A DNA stretch of 59,419 bases, the filler included, from Catajapyx aquilonaris (taxonomy: Eukaryota), in the NCBI GenBank assembly GCA_000934665.2. It is 3 parts of 3 records of this genome, joined end to end, with 100 filler letters (N's around TTAATTAATTAA, not from the genome) between each part and the next. Parts side by side here need not be neighbours in the genome. Positions count along the whole stretch, not along the records: positions 40,283 to 59,419 come from KZ539557.1; 2 more parts are not named here. One strand, given 5' to 3'. Both the position numbers and the translations under genes were made by a program. How positions within the stretch are numbered: position 1 is the stretch's first letter; every line of letters starts with the position of its first letter. The notes below the pieces were generated by a model. That model was not told the DNA's origin. It did no database searches and was given only the letters and a program-made list of their open reading frames with translations. Below are positions 51,301-59,419 of the stretch, one piece after another.

Positions 51301-54300
51301 CTCCGAACCCGCTCCCACCTTGGATCCACTCTCCCCTGAACCGGCTCGAACCCGAACCAAGTTCCGATGCTTGCTCCGGACCCGGCTCTACTGCTCTGGA
51401 GTGGGTTCGATGTTATCGGGTTCAAGCCTTGACAGCATACAATGTTACTCACTTGATTAGTGAAGTATGGTCCCTCAAATGACAAACGAAGCGAATTTTT
51501 TTCTGATCCTTGCAAAAAAGCAAAAAAGAAACACCAGTCTAATTAGAGTTAATTTTTGTTTGTCATTTCCTTTTGTTATGGAATAGCACCCAATGCTAAA
51601 ACTAGTGGCTAATGTAAAAATAGCTAACATTAACAGCCAATGCTAAAATTAGCTCCACATTTCCTGTAGGAAGGTTTTCTCAAAATATGGATTTTTAAAC
51701 TCGAGGTACAGAGTCCCTTGAGTAAAGACTTCATGTTACACCCTTGTTGATGGATTTGGCACCACCACAGAGGAATTCTTGAGGAATTGTGTTAGACTTA
51801 TAGTATATAGTATGAAAAGCTGCAATATCAACTGTTAGATGAAAACTTTTCTGAGCTCAAACCCACCATTTTAAAATACGAGTATTTGAAATTTAAATAA
51901 TGTCTAGGTGTGTGAAACATGCTGATCACCTTGTTGATTGAGATGGAAAGATAAGGTGACCAAATGTGTGTGTATTTAACCGAGGCAGGTTGGTGTAGGG
52001 GATAAGGAGCCCGCCTGCTAATTGGGAGGTCCTGGGTTCGAATCCCGGGGCCGGCGACCCTGACTATGGTTTTCTGCACGGTTTTCCATGATCCCCTCCA
52101 GGATAATTCCGGGGTCGTTTCCGTAAAAATAGGCCACAGCCGCTTCCTTCCTTCCCTATCCTTGGTCCCATCAAATGGTGGTAATCCACCCCCCTAAGGG
52201 AGCCAAAGACTCTAGCACGGGGTATGAAATAAAAAAGTAAAAAAAATAAATGTGTGTGTATTTCTATTGTGTGAGTTTGTCACACTTGTATGACTTGATT
52301 GAACTACTTGATGTGCTGATGTCAAATTTTAACTTCCAGATTTGACAGTGGATGTGGCCCAGCTGACAAATTCTCAGGGTGTGGAGATCAATGCCTGCGG
52401 GAGTGCTTATGGATTAGTTGGGACTGACTTCATGAGCTTCTTAACTCATGACTTGGAGGAACAAGAAGCTCTCAGGATTGCTAGGGAGCAAGAGGAGGAG
52501 AAGGTCAGTTTAAGGTTCCAAGCAGGTTTTTAAAAGTGAAGGCAAGGTTACACAAGGAAGTAACAATTTGCATTGTTCTCTTATTATGCTATTCAGTTGT
52601 GTTCTTCTTGTTCATTTTGGAAGTGGGTAGGAAAAAAAAAGCCTGCTGGTGTGTTTATGTGGAAGGGTTGAAAGTGTGTTCAAAGTCTGCACCTTGATCT
52701 GCTTTGATGCCCGTGCCAGTTTTTGAGGCAAACCAATAAAAAATGGCAGGAGTATGAATGTGCCCCTAGGCCATGCTCCCTTTTTTTTTTGCACAAATTT
52801 GAGTGTGACTTATAAACCCATGATAATTTATTGAAGAATGACATGATGGTGCTGAAAAGTAGTGGAATGAGTGTTTACATGTGTGGAGTGACTAATCAAA
52901 ACGCAACAAACGCCAACAAAGCCATTTCGAGATATTCAACAAAAACTGATTGCTCCCAATTGGAATGTGAACACGAGAAAAAAATTAATCAAAATTTGAC
53001 TTATTGCGTTTTGATTGGGCACATGTGTCAGATGTTGCGTTTTGATCGATCATTATCATTGGCCGTATTATTAAACTGTGAAAAATTCTTCATATCATCT
53101 ATCAGCAGGAACCATGATACCATATCCTTGACACTAATTATTAATTAAACATTAATTAAATCATGAGAACATTATTAGCTATTTTTTTTAAATTTTATTA
53201 CTTATGCACCCTTCGGGGTTGGAGCGAGTCGATGAGAACAACATACGTACTACTGTAGTACTGTGTGGGTCGGTTAGCTTACTCTATGGGGTTGGTAAGA
53301 TATCGGCGGCCATTTTTAACAGTTGCGCATCGCACTCTCCCATTGGCTGCTTGGCGCATGTTGCGTTTTGAAGTAGCTGGTATGGGTCACATATTGCGTT
53401 TTGAAGCAACACTCAATTTTCCAGCCCTTATAACATGGTAGATATTGCATTTAGAAATGTCACAATCTAACACACACGTAGACCCGAGCCTCAAGGACGT
53501 GCTACCACCCTATAACTCGATTTTGAAAATTTTGGCGTTTGTTGCATTTTGATTGGTCACTCCACATGTATGGTTGAGCTATTTGAGCCCAAGGCTAGGA
53601 CCCCATTTATGAAAATGGCATTTGGGTACAAAGTGGTTAATGGTTGAGTGCCGAAGCCTCAGAAATTCTCTGGTAATCATGAGGTATTTTCATGTATGGT
53701 GTCAAGGCTTGAGATTGAAAATCTATTGCAGGGAAAAAAATCTAGAAGAGAGAGGCGGGCTTTTCGGGAGAGGCAACTGCAAGGAAGGAAATTGAGTCCT
53801 CCAAGGTAACCGACATTGTTATTTGGCATTTTGCTGCATTTACATTTTGAATATTTTTTTTACAGTTATGCAGCTCGGGAGAGCCCAACTTATGACCCCT
53901 ACCGCAAGTCTCGTTCAGACCAGTCTCGGTCAAGGTCACGCTCAAAGTCGCCGGTAAACTCAGGCCAGATCACATACATCACCAGTTTTGGAGGTGATGA
54001 ATCAGAAGAAGAGGTGGCAACTCTGGTGCCAAATACCTCTGTTGCAATTATAAAACCAGCCCCTGTTTCTACAACAACAGTGCCATCACCCAGGGCAGGC
54101 AGGGTCACTAATGCACCAACTTCATCTCATAGCCTGTCATCTGGGCCTGTCTTGACTCCAAACAAGTCAAAGTCACATGTCAGCCGGTCGGTATTTTCAC
54201 GCTTCTTATACCCCATCCCACACAATCTCCTTGCACCATGGTTGGTTGGATTCAAGCACCTGACACATTCTTTTGTGAATTTGGAAGAGTTTTGATGTCA

Positions 54301-54495
54301 TTTTTGTCTCGTGTGAAGGTCACCTTCGCCACGAAGGAGGTGGAAGCGCAGCAGAAGTAGGAGTAGAGAAAGGAGCAGAGATAGGGGTAGAAGGTGGGGG
54401 GGAAGGAGAAGGGAGCCTTCACCATCCAGGTGGAGGGGGAGGAGGGAAAGAGAGAGGAGGAGAAGGAGATATTCCAGCTCAAGGTCCAATAGCAG
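45379..54495 (+). CDS. CLASRP: CLK4-associating SR-rich protein (SFRS16), first 8 visible coding exons: 45379-45477, 47512-47609, 48861-49048, 49133-49330, 52340-52503, 53732-53805, 53866-54186, 54319-54495; 3' end not found in window
   Basis: MWHEARKQERRIRGMMVDYKKRAERRREYYEKI, DPTQFLQLHGRPCKIHLD, MMPWQG..IDRFDVRAHLD, NYERYRILVQNDF, SPPSYAARESPTYDPY, ITYITSFGG, RS-rich exon; GT-AG phases consistent. Confidence 0.92.
46771..47293. mobile_element. hAT-type MITE
   Basis: GTATAGAC|CAGGGGTATTCAACT ... AGTTGAATAGCCCTG|GTATAGAC (8-bp TSD). Confidence 0.8.
50078..51653. mobile_element. ~1.6-kb near-perfect palindrome (fold-back) in CLASRP intron 4
   Basis: Arms mirror about ~50862; mirrored ORFs MQGSEKNSL on both strands; inner TACAGGGTGTACC...GGTACACCCTGTA. 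Confidence 0.85.
51978..52247 (+). mobile_element. Full-length tRNA-derived SINE
   Basis: A box TGGTGTAGGGG, B box GGTTCGAATCCC, A-rich tail, 16-bp TSD AAATGTGTGTGTATTT. Confidence 0.85.
52878..53568. mobile_element. TA-flanked MITE
   Basis: TA|CATGTGTGGAGTGACTAATCAAAACGCAACAAACGCCAA ... TTGGCGTTTGTTGCATTTTGATTGGTCACTCCACATG|TA. Confidence 0.7.
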
Positions 54496-54507
54496 GTGAG
54501 TCTCTTA

Positions 54508-54807
54508 TATATATATATATATATATTTATTTATTTTAATTACCCTGTGATAGGACGGAGCCCTCTTAGGGGGGAAGGGGAGGTTCCCAAGGGAGGGCGC
54601 TGTAATTTTTAGTCATTTCCGACTGAAATACACCAGACCTTTTCTCCTGGCCCTGGGCAGAGTAGGGAGTTCAATTCTGCCCCGGCATGTCGGGTGAAAA
54701 GCGGAAAAAGACCCGGCCAAGCAGAGGTGACGGGGACGGGATTTGAACCCCGGCCTCCCGCTTGGCTGGCCAGTGGCGTAACCAATACACCACCATGCCT
54801 CCCTAAT
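54508..54807 (-). mobile_element. tRNA-derived SINE inserted next to the CLASRP exon-8 donor
   Basis: Minus strand GGGAGGCATGGTGGTGTATTGG (A box), GGTTCAAATCCC (B box), AT-rich tail; flanks GTGAGTCTCTTA / GTGTGTCTCTTA. Confidence 0.75.
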
Positions 54808-55802
54808 GTGTGTCTCTTAATATGTGAAGTAGAAAGCCCCAAAGCTCAGGCACAAGCTTATGTGTGGCCTGTCAATTCCAAAGAGTTTTGCTATAATAAT
54901 GTATCTAGAGAAACTACTCGCTATCCTTTCCTCTTTCCGTGGCTGAGGTAGGCCGCCATCTATACTTGCATCAAAAGATGGCGTACGCCTGCCTCACATT
55001 CCATCCCGAGTAATCTCTAGGTTTATTATAGCAGAACACTGGTCAATTCCAAGAATGCAGTGGAGGTTTGGCCATTTTACTATGGTAACTTGCTGCAATT
55101 CTCTTCATGGTTAGTCAGTTTGCTAAGTTACGATGGCAATGCCTTAACATTACCACAATCTTGAATAGACCAGTGAACAGGCCACTTTCACTCATTGTAA
55201 TTGCTACTTTTTTTAAAACTGGTTTCTGCACTGCAAAATACATTACTTATTCTTCTATCCCCCTCTTGAATAGGCTATTTGCCTAGTACACTATCTTTAC
55301 CATGCATCGCTCAAAAGGATGAGATGATTTTGCATTTGACTTCAAGTCAAAATCGTCTCCCATCTTTTTGAGCGATATAGTAAGGGATATTGGGGTCAGA
55401 GAGTTGTAACAGGGAATGCTTGTAACATCGCCAATGTTAGCTACATTTGGAAAGCCCTGAATCTGAAACTCACAGCTCGTGTGCCAGTGTGGCGTTTAAG
55501 TCATGAAAAACTTAGGCTACCCTTTTTTCGCTTTTTTTTTTCCTATGTGCAAAAAAACAAAAATCAAGATAGGTTCCCAACTTCTTTGAGTGGCAGTAAT
55601 CAAGTGATTATACAAAGAGTAGAGGTTTCATTGAATTGCCCTAGGTATCATAAAAGTTCCTTTAGTGGGGTCACACTGACAGTATGGATGCCCAAAGCCT
55701 GTGCATAGTGAAAAAGTAGTAACCATATTTACAAGACACATGTAATGGGGACAGTTGTAACATCCTCTCTCTTCCCTGATTAGCTTCTTTGCAATGGTAC
55801 TA

Positions 55803-57785
55803 CAGCGTGGACGGAAAGTTTCGGACCCCCCCAGGTTTTTTAACCCTACTTTTCACAGCGTCTTTCACATCTTTTAAAAGTCCACAAGCAGTTCTAATGT
55901 ACACTATCTTTTGAAGCATAATCTTGAGAACATCTGAGCACCTTCGCTCTCGCAATTCCATTAATAACTTCGTCTCTGTGACTCATCTAAACATCCTATC
56001 TGTTTTGCGTTTATTTTGCTTGTTGCCTTGGAGTACACCTGGTCATATTCTGCGTCAGATAAGGTTTTTATGACCCTTTTCCATGAGTTCCCCTTCATGC
56101 AAATGTTGTGAACTCACTCCTGACATTATTTTTCGCATTGGTCCATAACCTGGTCCAATAAAAAGGATCAGGCACAAAATATATGGGCGAGTGGCATTCC
56201 GTTCGATTTGCCTGAAAATAGGATATGTTGTGGCCCAGACCATCCTGATCAATGTTGGATAGGGACATTTCGAGGTAGGACCTACAGGGAGCATGCTAAT
56301 TTCTGTTCATCGAAGAGGCTAGAATACTGCTGTGTGAGAAACCTCGCTTCCTTACATTGACCCAATGAATGTTGAAGTGCAGCTGGAGGAAACTCCAGAT
56401 GACAACCTTCAACGAGTAGAATTTGAACCACATGAATAGGTAATAAAGATTCTACTCGATTGACATTATTTTTCGCATTGGTCCATAACCTGGTCCAATA
56501 AAAAGGATCAGGCACAAAATATATGGGCGAGTGGCATTCCGTTCGATTTGCCTGAAAATAGGATATGTTGCGGCCCAGACCATCCTGATCAATGTTGGAT
56601 AGGGACATTTCGAGGTAGGACCTACAGGGAGCATGCTAATTTCTGTTCATCGAAGAGGCTAGAATACTGCTGTGTGAGAAACCTCGCTTCCTTACATTGA
56701 CCCAATGAATGTTGAAGTGCAGCTGGAGGAAACTCCAGATGACAACCTTCAACGAGTAGAATTTGAACCACATGAATAGGTAATAAAGATTAATAGATAA
56801 TTTAATGCAATAACCATTGAGTTCCTGAGACTTATTGTAGTCTACTACTCCCCCTATTACCTGCGGAGGTCATTAGCATGTTCCCTGTAGATCCTACCTC
56901 GAAATGTCCCTATCCAACATTGATCAGAATGGTCTGGGCTGCAACATATCCAATTTTCAGCCAAATCGAACGGAAAACCAGAGCATATCCCATATGACCT
57001 TCGGAGGTCAATAGCACACTCCCTGTAGGTCCTACCTCGAAATGTCCCTATCTAACATTGATCAGGATGGTCTGGGCCACAACATAATTATCCAATTTTC
57101 AGGCAAATCGAACGGAAGGCCACTCGCCCATATATTTTGTGCCTCCTCCTCTGATAAGGAATGCATGAAATGGCGGACCTGGATGCATTACTTTCGAATT
57201 CTCACATTGGTACCATCACATTTGCCTGCACTTTTACTTTAAAATAATTTTTTGGTGCGAAAGGACGTGAACGAAAGGATGTGTCATGTTGATTAATTTA
57301 CCAAGGTAGGACTGTTTACTGTCCTTTCCCACCAAAAAATTATTTTAAAGTAAAAATGGAGACAAATGTGATGGTACCAATTCGAAAGTAATGCATCCGG
57401 GTCCGCCATTTCATGCATTCCTTATCAAATTTTTATTGGACCACATTATGGGCAAATGCGAAAAATAAGGTCAGGAGTGAGTTCACAACATTTGCTGAAG
57501 GGGAACTCATGGAAAAGGGTCATAAAAACCTTATCTGACACAGAATATGACCAGTGGTCCTCCAAGGCAACAAGCAAAATAAACGCAAAACAAATAGGAT
57601 GTTAGTCACAGAGGCGAAGTTATTAATGGAATTGCAAGAGCGAAGGTGCTCAGATGTTCTCAAGATTATGCTTCAAAAGATAATGTACATTAGAACTGCT
57701 TGTGGACGTTTAAAAGATGTGAAAAGATGCTGTGAAAAGTAGGGTTAAAAAACCTGGGGAGGTCTGAAACTTTCCGTCCACCCTG
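55803..57785. mobile_element. Tc1/mariner-type fold-back element with long TIRs (~350 bp) and an internal ~340-bp tandem duplication
   Basis: TA|CAGCGTGGACGGAAAGTTTC ... GAAACTTTCCGTCCACCCTG|TA; 56121-56460 repeated at 56461-56790. Confidence 0.8.
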
Positions 57786-57811
57786 TATTATTGTTCTGTG
57801 TATGTGCCTTA

Positions 57812-57938
57812 GGGCCGGTTTCACCGAGCTCAGTATATGATAAAACCAGGGTTCTTTCTCAAAATCCCTATCTATTTGTATGGGATTTTCCTAAAGAAAC
57901 CTGGTTTTATCATATACCAAGCTCGGTGAAACCGGCCC
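57812..57938. mobile_element. Tourist/Harbinger-type MITE
   Basis: TTA|GGGCCGGTTTCACCGAGCT ... AGCTCGGTGAAACCGGCCC|TTA. Confidence 0.8.
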
Positions 57939-58083
57939 TTAATCTCTTTCTTGACTCACAACCAAAGTAACTCTTACCCTCCTGAATTTTGAAATTTTTT
58001 GGATTTTCTAATTCTGCTTGGCCTATAGTGTAGAGAAAACCTCACATCCACTGCTAATTTCCACGTTAGCATGGTGAAAATAC

Positions 58084-58285
58084 CAGTGGTGGATCTAGAC
58101 GTCGTTGTCGGGGGGGGGGGGGGGTTTNNNNNNNNNNNNNNNNNNNNNNNNNNNNNNNNNNNNNNNNNNNNNNNNNNNNNNNNNNNNNNNNNNNNNNNNN
58201 NNNNNNNNNNNNNNNNNNNNNNNNNNNNNNNNNNNNNNNNNNNNNNNNNNNNNNNCCCCCCCCCCCCCCCATAGATCCGCCACTG
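58084..58285. mobile_element. hAT-type MITE (interior is an N gap)
   Basis: GAAAATAC|CAGTGGTGGATCTA ... TAGATCCGCCACTG|GAAAATAC (8-bp TSD). Confidence 0.75.
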
Positions 58286-58314
58286 GAAAATACAGCCGAA
58301 GGCAATGTTCTGAA

Positions 58315-58956
58315 GTGGACAGACTGCTGCGTGAGGCCGGTACCGGCTGATACATTGCAAGGCAGGTGAGATACGTTAGGTACGAACAGTAGTACAGTGT
58401 GTTGTACACCTGTACTGTAGTACAGTACTTCACTGGCTGAATAATGCCTGTGTACAGTAGTGTCATCATGACAGGTGCACCTCGGAATGCACGTACCATG
58501 GCAATGGAGGAAGACGTTCTGGACATGGTAGCCATGGACTCATCGATCAGCGTCCCTGAAGTTGGTTGTTGAGTGCACAGCATTCATTCCAATGTGTGAA
58601 TGATGATACATGACAGCATCAGAGTGAATGGGCACCAGTTCCAGCATTTGGTGTAGTCACAGTATGCGTACTGACAGTACGCATACCAACTTCACGGGTG
58701 CTGATCGATGGGTCCATGGCTACCATGTCCGGAACGTCCTCCTCCATTGCCATGGTATGTGCGGTACGAGGACGGTGCACCTGTCATGATGTGTGATACA
58801 GTAGGTGCACGATACAGTACTGTTACAGTACTGTACACTACTGTACACAGGCATTATCCAGCCAGTGCAGTGCTGTACTACTGTATATACCTGACGTATC
58901 TCGCCTGCCTCGCAATGTACCAGCCGGTACCGGCCTCGCGCAGCAGTCTGTCCATT
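58315..58956. repeat. Diverged inverted repeat (~250-bp arms)
   Basis: TGGACAGACTGCTGCGTGAGGCCGGTACCGGCTG mirrored by CAGCCGGTACCGGCCTCGCGCAGCAGTCTGTCCA. Confidence 0.7.
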
Positions 58957-59419
58957 CGATTTGGATAAACTAGATGGTGCATGCTCTCCAGTTCTCACCA
59001 ACCCGTTCCCCCTAGCTGTCCTTTTGTGAATTTCTCCCTACCCCCTCCCCCACCACTTGGCCTTCATGGTAAAGCAGACATAGTTTGTGAGTTTTGCGTC
59101 AGTCAGCATCTGCAGAAGTGATTGAAAATCACTTCTGCAGTTGCTGACTGACGCCATGTTCAACATACTGCACTCGTAAATACGTATAATTAAATTAATT
59201 ACCCCATAACTACTTTCTTCTGCACATGTAAACAAACCTGCATTGATGCAGAATTTTTATTCTAGCGGCTATTAGTATTATTACCATATAAGCATTGTTC
59301 ATCAGAGAGCCGAATTATGTACGAATCACAGCTAGACTTTCTCAGGAACTCATCCATTCGTAAGGGGTCGTCCATATACCACGTGACCGTTTTGGGGGGA
59401 GGGGGAGGGGGGGGGGGGT

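Noticed and set aside
56055..57242. Repeated ORFs MLPVGPTSKC / MSLSNIDQDG
   Set aside because: By-products of tandem and inverted repeats within a fold-back element

Overview
Eukaryotic, intron-containing animal genomic DNA (probably arthropod, an inference from gene and repeat style) in a draft assembly with N gaps. The left 19 kb holds three genes: an aminopeptidase-O-like M1 peptidase (+, 5' part outside the window), DEAD-box helicase DDX49 (-, 6 coding exons) and, head-to-head with it, the ciliary IFT-A gene WDR35/IFT121 (+, 14 coding exons). The 20-45 kb block is TE-rich. Its centrepiece is a three-level nest: a dead piggyBac element (TTAA sites) interrupted by an apparently intact 4.16-kb PIF/Harbinger element (perfect 29-bp TIRs, TAA TSD, spliced DDE transposase plus a convergent spliced MADF/BESS-like gene), which itself carries an 84-bp TTAA-flanked MITE. 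The nest lies within a ~2-kb unit duplicated locally that carries a V-domain-like tRNA SINE. From 45.4 kb the splicing regulator CLASRP (+) runs off the window; its introns hold long fold-back elements, MITEs and SINEs. All gene names come from motif recognition by eye; no database search was run.
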